From positions 1 through 55,662 of the forward strand of contig JBAZYZ010000002.1 in the NCBI GenBank assembly GCA_041659085.1: a DNA stretch of 55,662 bases, given 5' to 3'. This document shows, piece after piece, positions 8,184 to 17,371 of the stretch. The translations under genes were made by a program, and so were the position numbers. Positions within the stretch are counted from its first letter, which is position 1, and every line of letters starts with the position of its first letter. The notes beneath the pieces were generated by a model. That model was given only the letters and a program-made list of their open reading frames with translations, was not told the origin of the DNA and did no database searches. The DNA comes from Minisyncoccota bacterium (GTDB lineage: Bacteria > Patescibacteriota > Minisyncoccia > Phycocordibacterales > VMEP01).

Positions 8184-9497
8184 ATGCGTAACAACATTGT
8201 CCATCCAGGCGCCGACGAGCTAACGTATGAAATACGCGAGATTGTGGACTTTGGAAACGAACTCGAGAAACAGGGTGTCAAAATGGTTTGGGAAAATATC
8301 GGAGACCCGGTTGCTAAGGGCGAGAAGCTGCCCCCGTGGATGCGCGGAATTATTAAGCGGATTATGGACGAAGATGACAAGGTTTTCGGTTATTCGCCGA
8401 CCAGCGGGCTTCTGGAAACAAGGATATTTTTGGCAAACCAGAGGAAGAAGGAAACAGGCATAGACATAACCCCGGATGACATTTTGTTTTTTAACGGGCT
8501 GGGTGACGCCATATCAAAAGTTTACACATATTTGAACGGGCACACCCGGGTTATCGGGCCGTCGCCCGCCTACCCGACGCACTCTTCGGCGGAAGCGGCA
8601 CACTCCGGTTCACATCATATAACTTACGAACTAAACCCGCGTCGCAATTGGCTGCCCGATTTGGAAGAATTGCGCAATAAGGTTAAATTCAACCCCAATA
8701 TTTCGGGGATTCTTATAATAAACCCGGACAACCCGACGGGCATGATTTATCCGAAACGTGTTTTGGAAGAAATTGTGTCAATTGCGCGCGAATTTGATTT
8801 ATTTATAGTTTGCGACGAGATTTATTCAAACCTTCATTACGGCGGGGAGAAAATGGTTCCGCTTGCCTCGGTCATAGGAGAAGTGCCGGCTATCGTTATG
8901 AGAGGTCTTTCCAAGGAAGTGCCATGGCCCGGGGCGCGTTGCGGGTGGATAGAGATGTACAACAAAGACAGAGACCCGTTTTTTGCCCGCTACACGAAAA
9001 CCTTGCTTGACGCCAAACGCCTTGAAGTGTGTTCAACAACGCTTCCCCAGCGCGCCTTGCCTCTGATTTTTTCACATCCGGAATTTGGCGGCTATGTCGC
9101 CGGAAGGAATAGCAATTACGAAAAGCGCGCCAATATTGCCTATGATATATTCCGGTCAGTTTCAGGCATTATTGCGCCTAAGCCCGCAGGGGCTTTTTAT
9201 ATGACAGTCGTGTTTGAAGACGGCGCGCTAAACGGCAGGCAGACACTTCAAATACCTGAAGATAAGGTCAGAGAAACGGTCTTAGGGAAGACAAATAAGC
9301 TGGATGGGAAAGGTTTTGATAAACGTTTCGCCTATTACCTCATGGGGGCGACCGGCATATGCGTTGTTCCTCTTTCCGGTTTCAATTCCGAGCTTCCGGG
9401 GTTCCGTCTGACACTGCTCGAGCCGGATGAAAAAGTTTTTGAAGATACAATGAAGATTATAGCAAAATCTATTAAGGAATATTTGAATTCGGCGTAA
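8184..9497 (+). CDS. Pyridoxal-phosphate-dependent aminotransferase, class I/II (AlaA-like)
   Basis: 437 aa. INPDNPTG, DEIYSNL, and GLSKEVPWPGARCGW carrying the PLP lysine. Confidence 0.85.
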   Translation: MRNNIVHPGADELTYEIREIVDFGNELEKQGVKMVWENIGDPVAKGEKLPPWMRGIIKRIMDEDDKVFGYSPTSGLLETRIFLANQRKKETGIDITPDDILFFNGLGDAISKVYTYLNGHTRVIGPSPAYPTHSSAEAAHSGSHHITYELNPRRNWLPDLEELRNKVKFNPNISGILIINPDNPTGMIYPKRVLEEIVSIAREFDLFIVCDEIYSNLHYGGEKMVPLASVIGEVPAIVMRGLSKEVPWPGARCGWIEMYNKDRDPFFARYTKTLLDAKRLEVCSTTLPQRALPLIFSHPEFGGYVAGRNSNYEKRANIAYDIFRSVSGIIAPKPAGAFYMTVVFEDGALNGRQTLQIPEDKVRETVLGKTNKLDGKGFDKRFAYYLMGATGICVVPLSGFNSELPGFRLTLLEPDEKVFEDTMKIIAKSIKEYLNSA

Positions 9498-9502
9498 AAC
9501 AT

Positions 9503-9904
9503 ATGGCAAAAATTTTAGGAATTGACTACGGGGCCAAGAGAATAGGGGTGGCGATGTCGGACGAAGGAGGCAGGGTTGCTTTTCCGTTCTCTGTTGTTCC
9601 GAATGACAAAAACGCGTTGTTCACGCTCCGGAGTCTGTGCGGGGAAGAAAAAATCGGGAGGATCGTGGTAGGGGAGTCTTTGAATTCGCGCGGCGAAGAC
9701 AACCAGGTTATGGCGGCGGCCCGTTTGTTTGTTGAAACTCTGGCGGAAGAAACCGCGTTGCCGGTTTCTTTTGAGCAGGAGTTTTTGACTAGCGTGGAGG
9801 CTCACCGTTCGTCGTTTGAGGAGCAGGGGAAGAAGGGTCGCCAGGAGGTTGACTCAAGCGCCGCCGCGCTCATACTTCAAAGATATCTGGATAAACAAAA
9901 ATAA
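9503..9904 (+). CDS. ruvX: YqgF/RuvX putative pre-16S rRNA nuclease (Holliday junction resolvase-like)
   Basis: 133 aa. ILGIDYGAKRIGVAMSD...IVVGESLN...SSAAALILQRYL. Confidence 0.88.
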   Translation: MAKILGIDYGAKRIGVAMSDEGGRVAFPFSVVPNDKNALFTLRSLCGEEKIGRIVVGESLNSRGEDNQVMAAARLFVETLAEETALPVSFEQEFLTSVEAHRSSFEEQGKKGRQEVDSSAAALILQRYLDKQK

Positions 9905-9911
9905 AATTGCA

Positions 9912-10613
9912 ATGAAAAAGCAAAAACTGGAAGACAATCCGTTTGAAGAAGAAAAGATAGCCAGGGAGTGGATTATAAGTGTTGAAAATGAAAAAGGACT
10001 AATTAGAGATAGGGAGATTTACCCGGAACTTTTTGAATGGACAAAGAAAAATAACCCCAAATTGCTCGTAGAAATTGGTTCTGGTCAAGGAATTTGCTCA
10101 ACTAAAGTTAAACTTGGGCGCAGCGCAAAATATGTTGGAATAGAGCCGTCTCGGCCACTTGTTGCCCGCGCCCGGGATATTTATAAAAGTCATAATAAAA
10201 AGTTTTTGATTGGTAGCGCGTATAAACTACCCTTACGTTCTGGCTCTGTGGATGGCGTGTTTTCTGTTAATGTGTGGTTCCATTTGAAAAACCTCGATAC
10301 TGCGGCAAAAGAAATAAAGAGAGTACTGAAGAAAAATAAGCGCTTTTATATTATTACTGGCAACCCAAGTACTTATGAAATATGGGAGCGCTTCTTTTTT
10401 GATTATAAAAAAAAGAAAGGGGTGTTGGATGGTAAGGTTAGGGTCCCGATACAGCACCTTTCAAGAAACATTTTTTTTCTCCATTCTTTGAGTAATATAA
10501 TAAAATCTCTTGAGGTAAATGGGTTAGCGATAGGTAGTGTTAAAGTGATTGGCTTTGCGAAGAGAGATAAGATGAGGGGAATTTTTATAGGAATAGAGGG
10601 TTATAAAACATAA
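9912..10613 (+). CDS. Class I SAM-dependent methyltransferase
   Basis: ATG at 9912 (MKKQKLEDNP...) lies just after the ruvX stop. Motif I LVEIGSGQGIC. DGVFSVNVWFHL. Visibly more AT-rich than its neighbours. Confidence 0.75.
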   Translation: MKKQKLEDNPFEEEKIAREWIISVENEKGLIRDREIYPELFEWTKKNNPKLLVEIGSGQGICSTKVKLGRSAKYVGIEPSRPLVARARDIYKSHNKKFLIGSAYKLPLRSGSVDGVFSVNVWFHLKNLDTAAKEIKRVLKKNKRFYIITGNPSTYEIWERFFFDYKKKKGVLDGKVRVPIQHLSRNIFFLHSLSNIIKSLEVNGLAIGSVKVIGFAKRDKMRGIFIGIEGYKT

Positions 10614-10615
10614 AT

Positions 10616-10942
10616 ATGATAACAATAGATGATTTTAAAAAGTGTGAAATAAAAATAGGGACCATTCTATCGGCGGAAAAAGTGCCCGATGCTGACCGGT
10701 TGGTGAAACTTTCCATTGACTTGGGAGAGGGAGCGCCCAGGCAGATTGTCTCAGGTATCGCTGAATTTTTCCCGGACGTATCTGTGCTGATCGGACGGCA
10801 GGTTCCGGTTTTGACGAATCTCCTCCCCCGCGCGATCCGGGGCCTCGAGTCAAATGGCATGGTGCTTTATTCCGTGGGAGACTCTTTTCTTACGACAGTC
10901 TCTCCGGGCGATACTGTGCCGAACGGAACACCTGTCAGGTAG
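10616..10942 (+). CDS. tRNA-binding domain protein (CsaA/EMAP-II-like OB fold)
   Basis: 108 aa. DDFKKCEIKIGTILSAEKVPDADRLVKLSIDLGEG..RQIVSGIAEFF. Confidence 0.8.
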   Translation: MITIDDFKKCEIKIGTILSAEKVPDADRLVKLSIDLGEGAPRQIVSGIAEFFPDVSVLIGRQVPVLTNLLPRAIRGLESNGMVLYSVGDSFLTTVSPGDTVPNGTPVR

Positions 10943-10995
10943 TGTGAATATTTTCCTACTTTTTGCGGAGTTAATGCCGTATAATTATGGTCTAG

Positions 10996-12081
10996 ATGGA
11001 TAACATTTTAACAAAACTTTTCCCGATAGGCCGTTCCGCTAAAACACCGAAAGTCGGCTTGGATATCTCCGGGCATTCTCTGCGTTTTGTCGAACTTTTA
11101 CCGAGGGGTAAAGGGTATGTGCTGGGACACTTTGGTGAGAAGAAAATACCCGACGGTGTTATGCAGGACGGAAAAATAAAAGATATGGAAGAGTTAAAAA
11201 CGGCTCTTAGTTCGCTGCGCTCCAAGTATCGCATGGCATCAGTCAATGTTTCCGTCCCGGGAGGCAAGACTCATTTTATCCGAATGGGTTTGTCATGCGC
11301 CGATGGATGCGATGTGCGCGCCGCCGTAGAATCGAAAATCGGGGAGCATCTTATTTCCGGCAGTTCAGGAGATTTTGTTTTTGACCATGCTGTTATTTCT
11401 CAAAACGAATCTGAATGCGATGTTGAAGTGTCGCTATTCCCGCGGGAAATCAAAGAAGACTACATGAGACTGTTTGAAGGCACCGGACTTACGCCGTCTG
11501 TTTTTGAATCCGAGGAAAAAGCCATAGGGAGGTCGGTGCTGCCGCGCGGCGACAAAGGAACACGGATGATTATAGATTTTGGACGGATTCAGGCGGGTGT
11601 TTTTATAGTTTCCAAAGGCATACCTATGCTCGCGGCAACGCTCGGTTTGGGGGAGCAAATTATTATTGACGCCATAAAAGAAAAATTTGGGGTATCCGAA
11701 GAAAAAGCCGAGAGAATGAAACGGGAATACGGTCTTGTTAAAAGTTCCAATGACAGAGATTTTTTCCTGACACTCGCGCGGCCGCTTTCAAAGATGAAAG
11801 ATGAAATAGATAAACTTTTTATATATTGGCGCAACTATTCCGCGGAGCAGGGGAAGAAAAGTGAAAAGATAGAAAGTGTTATTTTGTGCGGCGCCGGGGC
11901 AGGCCTTCCCGGGCTTTCGGACTACCTTTCCGCCAATTTAAGGGTCCCGGTAAGTGTGGCCAACGTGTGGGTGAATGTTAACTCCTTTGACGAATATATT
12001 CCGGAGATTCCTTTAAATGACTCGCTCCGCTACGCCGCGGCCATAGGCCTCGCCTTAAGGGGTGTTTACGAAAGAGAGTAA
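10996..12081 (+). CDS. pilM: Type IV pilus assembly protein PilM
   Basis: 361 aa. Actin-like ATPase fold beginning VGLDISGHSLRFVEL, with ...IDFGRIQAGVFIV... and VILCGAGAGLPGLSDYLS. Confidence 0.8.
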   Translation: MDNILTKLFPIGRSAKTPKVGLDISGHSLRFVELLPRGKGYVLGHFGEKKIPDGVMQDGKIKDMEELKTALSSLRSKYRMASVNVSVPGGKTHFIRMGLSCADGCDVRAAVESKIGEHLISGSSGDFVFDHAVISQNESECDVEVSLFPREIKEDYMRLFEGTGLTPSVFESEEKAIGRSVLPRGDKGTRMIIDFGRIQAGVFIVSKGIPMLAATLGLGEQIIIDAIKEKFGVSEEKAERMKREYGLVKSSNDRDFFLTLARPLSKMKDEIDKLFIYWRNYSAEQGKKSEKIESVILCGAGAGLPGLSDYLSANLRVPVSVANVWVNVNSFDEYIPEIPLNDSLRYAAAIGLALRGVYERE

Positions 12082-12131
12082 ACCGTGTAGCGTATATTAG
12101 TGAATAGTAATTATGTTAGCGTTTGTGCATT

Positions 12132-12203
12132 GCCCTCGTAGCTTAATGGATAAAGCAGGACTCTTCTAAGGTCTTGATGGGGGTTCGATTCCCTCCGAGG
12201 GCA
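12132..12203 (+). tRNA. tRNA-Arg (anticodon UCU)
   Basis: Acceptor GCCCTCG/CGAGGGC, anticodon stem GGACT/GGTCT with loop ctTCTaa, T arm GGGGG-TTCGATT-CCCTC, discriminator A. Confidence 0.85.
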
Positions 12204-12204
12204 C

Positions 12205-12615
12205 TTGAACAAAGTGAAAACTATAGAACCCAAAAAATATAAAATAAGAGTTGTCCGTGGCGCATTTGTTGATCCAGATCTCCTAGATGAGCTTGGTGCG
12301 AAGACAATAGAAAAATTAGAGCATGGTGGTTGGGAAAGTATTGACGAGGTTGTTGTTGATTTAGGGCGAATCAAGGAGTTGCAGAAAAATATGACACGGC
12401 ACTACGATGATACTGTTGTTCCGTGGTACATGGATGGGTATGATGCCAAAGACAGAAATAAATTAGTTGTCGCTTTTGGAGCAGATGATGGAGAAGGAGG
12501 AAAAATTTTTAAATTTTTGAGAAATGATAAAAGAGAAATTGGCGAAGTGGTGAAATACGGGATAAGTAAAGGTATTCCAAAGGAGCAAATGGATTTTGCG
12601 GATATAGATTTTTGA
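12205..12615 (+). CDS. Hypothetical protein (orphan, acidic)
   Basis: 136-aa ORF whose TTG start directly abuts the tRNA-Arg(UCU) 3' end (GTG at 12214 is an alternative). AT-rich. No motif recognised. Confidence 0.45.
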   Translation: MNKVKTIEPKKYKIRVVRGAFVDPDLLDELGAKTIEKLEHGGWESIDEVVVDLGRIKELQKNMTRHYDDTVVPWYMDGYDAKDRNKLVVAFGADDGEGGKIFKFLRNDKREIGEVVKYGISKGIPKEQMDFADIDF

Positions 12616-12735
12616 AGTTACTTATAGATAGATGACCAGGCCAAGGACATTTTTTATCGCCGCCGCTAAAAAAATTTCTCGACCCCGACTCGTGGTTTCG
12701 CCTGTTGACGAAACATCACTGCGTCTCCCGCAAAC

Positions 12736-12765
12736 TAAAAAATCACGGGTAGCCGTGATTTTTTC
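12736..12765. terminator. Bidirectional intrinsic terminator
   Basis: aaaaaaTCACGGgtagCCGTGAtttttt, flanked by an A-run and a T-run. Lies downstream of both the orphan ORF (+) and tRNA-Val (-). Confidence 0.8.
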
Positions 12766-12772
12766 GCGTTTG

Positions 12773-12845
12773 TGGGCGGTAGAGGACTCGAACCTCTGAC
12801 CTTCGCTGTGTAAAAGCGTTGCTCTACCAACTGAGCTAACCGCCC
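12773..12845 (-). tRNA. tRNA-Val (anticodon UAC)
   Basis: Reverse complement GGGCGGTTAGCTCAGTTGGTAGAGCA-ACGCT-ttTACac-AGCGA-AGGTC-AGAGGTTCGAGTCCTCT-ACCGCCC-A. Confidence 0.88.
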
Positions 12846-12851
12846 AAGATA

Positions 12852-12873
12852 ACTTACAACCTATAACCTACAA
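12852..12873 (-). repeat. Motif TTGTAGG-N6-GTTGTAAGT upstream of tRNA-Val (read on the minus strand)
   Basis: Plus strand ACTTACAAC-ctataa-CCTACAA. The same 9+7 nt with the same spacing occur at 32474-32495, and TTGTAGGTTAT also lies upstream of tRNA-His. Confidence 0.6.
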
Positions 12874-12956
12874 TGAAAATGTAATCACGGCAAGGTTATT
12901 ATGATCCTGTAACTAATCGCATCTGCTTCGGGTATTTACTGATATAATTATTTCAT

Positions 12957-13247
12957 ATGAATGAACGTCTTGAAGCGAAAATAACCGGACGCGTGCAGTT
13001 TGTCATGTTCCGGGATTTCGTTAACCGGAGGGCCAGAGCCCTTGGTATTTTGGGCACAGTGGAAAACATGGAAGACGGTTCGGTTTTTGTGGTGGCTGAG
13101 GGTGATAGAAAAAAACTTGAAGAGCTTCTCGCTCAATTGAAAAAAGGTTCTATTTTTGCTAGGGTTTTATCTATTGAGGCGAAATGGCTCCCCGGGACGG
13201 GTGTGTTTAAGGATTTCAGGATTCTTTTTTATGGCAGACAAAACTGA
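12957..13247 (+). CDS. acyP: Acylphosphatase
   Basis: 96 aa. ITGRVQFVMFRDFV..RA..LGILGTVENMEDGSVFVVAEG matches the acylphosphatase signature V.G.VQGV.FR. Confidence 0.85.
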   Translation: MNERLEAKITGRVQFVMFRDFVNRRARALGILGTVENMEDGSVFVVAEGDRKKLEELLAQLKKGSIFARVLSIEAKWLPGTGVFKDFRILFYGRQN

Positions 13248-13935
13248 CAATTACCCCAAATCGATAGGCATTATCATGGACGGTAACCGCCGCTGGGCCA
13301 AGGCTCGCGGTTTTTTGCCGATGAAGGGGCACGAGGCCGGATACGAGAAGTTCAAAGAATTTATCCGCTGGGCCAAAGGTTTTGGAATTGAGACTGTTTA
13401 TGTTTACGCCTTTTCAACAGAAAACTGGAAGCGCCAAGAAAACGAGGTCGATTACCTGATGAGCCTGTTTACCAGAGTCATAGGCGCTGACGCCAAGGAG
13501 TTGATCGGGGAAAGAGTGCGTGTAAAATTTGTCGGACAGCTTGATAAGTTTTCTCCAGCCATACGTCTGGGAATAAAAGCTCTTGAAAGGGCCACGAGTA
13601 AATTCGCCGGGACAACTCTTGTTGTCTGTGTTTCTTACGGCGGCCGGGCGGAAATCATATCCGCGGTGAAGGAAATGGCAAAGAAGGAGGGTGCGAAAAA
13701 CATCGCCAAACTTGATGAAAAGACATTTTCAAAATATCTTTGGACGGCCGGAAGCCCGGACCCGGAACTTATCATAAGGACGAGCGGAGAAGTAAGGACG
13801 TCAAATTTTCTGCCATGGCAGGCGGTGTACAGCGAATGGTTTTTTACCAAGACACTATGGCCGGCGTTTACCAGGCGCGAGTTTGAGAGCATACTCCGCG
13901 ATTTTGCCAAGCGTGAAGTGAGGCGCGGAAAATAA
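13231..13935 (+). CDS. uppS: Undecaprenyl (isoprenyl) diphosphate synthase
   Basis: ATG at 13231 gives MADKTDNYPKSIGIIMDGNRRWA... Also FSTENWKR and IRTSGEVRTSNFLPWQ. Overlaps the acyP 3' end by 17 nt. Confidence 0.92.
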   Translation: MADKTDNYPKSIGIIMDGNRRWAKARGFLPMKGHEAGYEKFKEFIRWAKGFGIETVYVYAFSTENWKRQENEVDYLMSLFTRVIGADAKELIGERVRVKFVGQLDKFSPAIRLGIKALERATSKFAGTTLVVCVSYGGRAEIISAVKEMAKKEGAKNIAKLDEKTFSKYLWTAGSPDPELIIRTSGEVRTSNFLPWQAVYSEWFFTKTLWPAFTRREFESILRDFAKREVRRGK

Positions 13936-13939
13936 TTTT

Positions 13940-14680
13940 ATGGATATTCCCGAAATACTCTATGAGGACAAAAATGTCTTCGTTTTCAATAAGCCGTCCG
14001 GGCTCATGGTTCACGCCGACGGACGCACCAAAGAAGTCACGCTGGCCGACATGCTCCTAAAAAAATACCCCAAGATGAAAAATGTTGGCGAGCCGGCGCG
14101 TTTTGTCGGGAGCGGCGGCGAAGAAAAAACAATCTATCGTCCGGGAATCGTGCACCGCCTGGACAAGGATACCTCAGGCGCGCTTGTTGTGGCGAAAAAC
14201 CAGAAATCGTTTGAGTTTCTGAAAAAGCAGTTTCAGGACAGGGTTATCGCGAAAAAATATCTGGCCGTCGTTTACGGCAACGTAAAAAACGACAGGGGTG
14301 TCATCGACCGCCCTATCGGACGGAGTAAAAGCGATTTTAGGAAATGGTCGGCGACGCGCGGGGCAAGGGGCGAGATGAGGGAGGCGGTGACGGAGTATAA
14401 AGTACTGAAGCGTTTCTCCGACAAAAAAGGGGAACGGTTTACTCTGCTTGAAGTTTCCCCCAAGACCGGAAGAACGCACCAAATACGCGTTCACTTGAAG
14501 GCGATAAATTATTCCATCGTGGGGGATAAGTTGTATGGCGGTTCACGCCCCGCGGCTCTTGGTTTCGGGCGCACGGCGCTCCATGCCGCATCCGTTTCTT
14601 TTGAAACAAGCCCCGGCAAAAAGGTTAGCGTGGAGGCGCCGCTGCCGGAAGATTTTCGAAAGGTTGCGGTCGCGTCTTAG
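13940..14680 (+). CDS. RluA family pseudouridine synthase (RluD-like, no S4 domain)
   Basis: 246 aa. HRLDKDTSGALVVAKN with the catalytic Asp. KTGRTHQIRVHL. Confidence 0.88.
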   Translation: MDIPEILYEDKNVFVFNKPSGLMVHADGRTKEVTLADMLLKKYPKMKNVGEPARFVGSGGEEKTIYRPGIVHRLDKDTSGALVVAKNQKSFEFLKKQFQDRVIAKKYLAVVYGNVKNDRGVIDRPIGRSKSDFRKWSATRGARGEMREAVTEYKVLKRFSDKKGERFTLLEVSPKTGRTHQIRVHLKAINYSIVGDKLYGGSRPAALGFGRTALHAASVSFETSPGKKVSVEAPLPEDFRKVAVAS

Positions 14681-14709
14681 GTATGGTACATTTTCCCCAT
14701 TAAATAGAG

Positions 14710-15141
14710 ATGGCGACAAAAACTACAATAAAATTAACACCCGTTGACACTGAGGCTCGCCAAAAGCTCGGTATTCATTCTGGCGATACCGTTCGCGTAT
14801 GGTCCAAGGTCAAGGATGACAAGGGCAAGACTCGACTTCAGGCTTTTGAAGGGCTGGTTCTTTCAGCGAAGCACGGGGTTACAGCAGGAGCCACTTTTAC
14901 CGTCCGCCGCGTGGCTTCAGGCGTGGGTGTGGAGAAGATATTTCCCCTATACTCGCCGATGATTGACAAGATTGAAGTTATCAAGCGTTCCCAGGTGCGT
15001 CGTTCCAAGCTCTACTATGTGCGTGACAAAGCGGCCAAAGAAATCCGCCGCAAGTTGTCAGGCGAAAGAAAGATAATCCACAAGGTCGGAGGTGTCGCGG
15101 TAGTGGCCGAAAAAGAACCAGAATCCGAAGTTGCTGAATAG
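14710..15141 (+). CDS. rplS: 50S ribosomal protein L19
   Basis: 143 aa. [29 protein letters not shown]...[24 protein letters not shown]. Confidence 0.92.
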   Translation: MATKTTIKLTPVDTEARQKLGIHSGDTVRVWSKVKDDKGKTRLQAFEGLVLSAKHGVTAGATFTVRRVASGVGVEKIFPLYSPMIDKIEVIKRSQVRRSKLYYVRDKAAKEIRRKLSGERKIIHKVGGVAVVAEKEPESEVAE

Positions 15142-15163
15142 CAAAAATGATACTAGAATAAAA

Positions 15164-15185
15164 ACTCACCAAACGGTGGGTTTTT
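15164..15185 (+). terminator. Intrinsic terminator after rplS
   Basis: ACTCACCaaacGGTGGGTtttt. Confidence 0.65.
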
Positions 15186-15196
15186 AAATAAAATAT

Positions 15197-15280
15197 GCGC
15201 GGGTGGCGAAATTGGTAGACGCACTACCTTGAGGTGGTAGCGCCAGCAATGGCATGGAAGTTCAAATCTTCTCCCGCGCA
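15197..15280 (+). tRNA. tRNA-Leu (anticodon GAG)
   Basis: Acceptor GCGCGGG/CCCGCGC, anticodon stem CTACC/GGTAG with loop ttGAGgt, long variable arm, T arm GGAAG-TTCAAAT-CTTCT, discriminator A. Confidence 0.88.
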
Positions 15281-15290
15281 CAAAGTATAA

Positions 15291-15317
15291 AAAACGTGCT
15301 TTGGGCAGCACGTTTTT
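15291..15317 (+). terminator. Intrinsic terminator after tRNA-Leu
   Basis: aaaaCGTGCTttgggcAGCACGttttt. Confidence 0.75.
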
Positions 15318-15410
15318 AGTTTTATAGGACGGAGCACGCCGGCGCGAGTCGGGGTGCGCATAAAGCTGCGCTTTGAATGGCACGTTTTTTGTTTTACAAT
15401 ACAGTCACGT

Positions 15411-16175
15411 ATGACTTTAGGCACCAAGGTTCTTTCTTTAATTTCCATAGTATTGCTTATAACCCTCGCTTCGGGTGTTTTGACTATGGATTTTGCGCTG
15501 GCAAAGTTTGTGGTGTTTATCTCGTCCTGTTATTTGGCGGTCGTCGCATGGCGCACAAAAGAAAAGATGTGGCTTGTGTTTTTCGTGGCTGTAGCGCTTA
15601 TTTTTCTTCCGGTCATTAAACTTTTTAGTTTTTCGTATGCCGTTTGGCGGACGGCAGACGCAATAGTTGCAGCAGGATTCGCTTTCTTTATATATCGCTA
15701 TTATGACGGTTACAGGAAAGGGAGCGCTTTTGAAAAATTTGTCGCATCACGGCTGTTGCCGGAAGAATGGGCTATAGAAGATTGGACAAAAGACAAGTCT
15801 CGCGGACTTAAGCGCCATGTGGAATCGGATATGAATCCGGATCTGACGGTGCGTAACGTAAGTACCGGTAAAAGATTCGCCGTAGAATGCAAATTCCGTT
15901 CGCGTTTTTGGAAAGACAACGAAGGAATCACCGGTATTTTTTGGAAGGCTTACAATCATGATTTTTACAGAAATTACGGCGACAAGGAAAATATAAAAGT
16001 AAAAATAGTTTTCGGGGTCGGAGGTAACCCCAAAAACCCGTCCAGATTATTTGTCGTGCCGATTGAGAGCCTGGAGGAATACAAAGGCAAAAATATACCG
16101 GCCCAGTATCTTCAAAAATTTGAGAAAGACATCAAAATTCCGCTGACCCTTGATAACCCGCAGACAAAAGTTTAA
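15411..16175 (+). CDS. Membrane-anchored protein with a C-terminal PD-(D/E)xK (restriction-endonuclease-fold) domain
   Basis: ATG at 15411. Three or four N-terminal TM helices. Then GSAFEKFVASRL...NPDLTV...RFAVECKFR, which fits helix-D-ExK topology. Confidence 0.55.
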   Translation: MTLGTKVLSLISIVLLITLASGVLTMDFALAKFVVFISSCYLAVVAWRTKEKMWLVFFVAVALIFLPVIKLFSFSYAVWRTADAIVAAGFAFFIYRYYDGYRKGSAFEKFVASRLLPEEWAIEDWTKDKSRGLKRHVESDMNPDLTVRNVSTGKRFAVECKFRSRFWKDNEGITGIFWKAYNHDFYRNYGDKENIKVKIVFGVGGNPKNPSRLFVVPIESLEEYKGKNIPAQYLQKFEKDIKIPLTLDNPQTKV

Positions 16176-16696
16176 ATAGCAATGTTGTTTTTCTCGGCTT
16201 CTTTCAGCGCCACTTTAAACCAATAGGTGTATTTGTCGGGATTTTGGTCCATGTCTTTTTTCAATTCATCTATGGTTATCCATTTCCAGCCATCCGCCTC
16301 TTCGGGGTTCAAAATAGGAACACCGTTATATTCTCCCAGAAAAACATGAAGAAATTCATGCTCTCTCAGTCCATGGTCTAGATTCGCCTCGTAAGTGAAA
16401 TTAAAAATTTCTTTAAGCGTGCAATCAAACCCCATTTCTTCCCGGAGTCTGCGATGAGCGGCGTATTCCAGGTCCTCCCCGTATCTCGGGTGTCCACAGC
16501 AGGTATTTGTCCACAACCCTCCGCTGTGATATTTAACGACTGCTCTTTTTTGGAGCATTATTTCCCCGTCATTGTTTCTGACGATAATGGAAAACGCTCT
16601 GTGAAGCAGTCCCTTCTCGTGCGTTTCCAATTTGCCCATAACGCCGATTTGGGTGTCGTTTTTGTCCACTAATACAATCCGTTCTTCATTTTGCAT
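16172..16696 (-). CDS. idi: Isopentenyl-diphosphate delta-isomerase, type 1 (Nudix fold)
   Basis: 174 aa. LHRAFSIIV, LWTNTCCGHP, LREEMGF, EHEFLHVF. Confidence 0.88.
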   Translation of the reverse strand: MQNEERIVLVDKNDTQIGVMGKLETHEKGLLHRAFSIIVRNNDGEIMLQKRAVVKYHSGGLWTNTCCGHPRYGEDLEYAAHRRLREEMGFDCTLKEIFNFTYEANLDHGLREHEFLHVFLGEYNGVPILNPEEADGWKWITIDELKKDMDQNPDKYTYWFKVALKEAEKNNIAI

Positions 16697-16716
16697 ATTT
16701 TGCTAATATATCAGAT

Positions 16717-17352
16717 ATGAATAAGCTTGCCGAACTCAAAAAATTGGAAGAGGAAATCATTGCGGACACAAGCCTGCCGCTTAATACAAACCTTGTGTTC
16801 GGCGAAGGGAGCGATAACGCCGAAATACTTTTTATCGGTGAGGCGCCCGGAGCGGAAGAAGACAAACAAAGAAGACCTTTTGTCGGCCGGTCGGGGCAGT
16901 TGCTCAGGAAAAACATCAGGGATATTGGGCTCAAAGAAGAAGATGTTTTTATTACGAACATCGTCAAACGCCGCCCCCCGGACAACCGAGACCCGAGCCC
17001 GGAGGAGATTGAGAGTTATAAGCCGTATTTGGCGAGACAGATTGAAATAATAAATCCGAAAGTTATAGTCACTCTCGGCCGTTTCTCGATGAATTACTTT
17101 TTGCCGATGGCTAAGATTACCCGCGACCAAGGAAGACTGTTTCCGTTTGGAGAAAGATTCGTTTATCCGGTCCTGCATCCCGCAGCCGCGCTTCGGGGGA
17201 ATGAGATGATGAAGATGTTCACTGACAGCTTCAGGCGTTTACCGGCTGCGGTCAAGAAATGCGATGAATTTACCGGGGGAGATAAAAAGGCGCCGCAAGC
17301 AAAGTCTGCGGCGCAAAAAGAAAAAATACCCGAACAAACAGGGCTTTTTTAG
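16717..17352 (+). CDS. Uracil-DNA glycosylase, family 4
   Basis: 211 aa. GEGSDNAEILFIGEAPGAEEDKQRRPFVGRSGQLL and HPAAALR motifs. Lys-rich C-terminal tail. Confidence 0.88.
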   Translation: MNKLAELKKLEEEIIADTSLPLNTNLVFGEGSDNAEILFIGEAPGAEEDKQRRPFVGRSGQLLRKNIRDIGLKEEDVFITNIVKRRPPDNRDPSPEEIESYKPYLARQIEIINPKVIVTLGRFSMNYFLPMAKITRDQGRLFPFGERFVYPVLHPAAALRGNEMMKMFTDSFRRLPAAVKKCDEFTGGDKKAPQAKSAAQKEKIPEQTGLF

Positions 17353-17371
17353 GGCGTGTTACAATAAGGTT

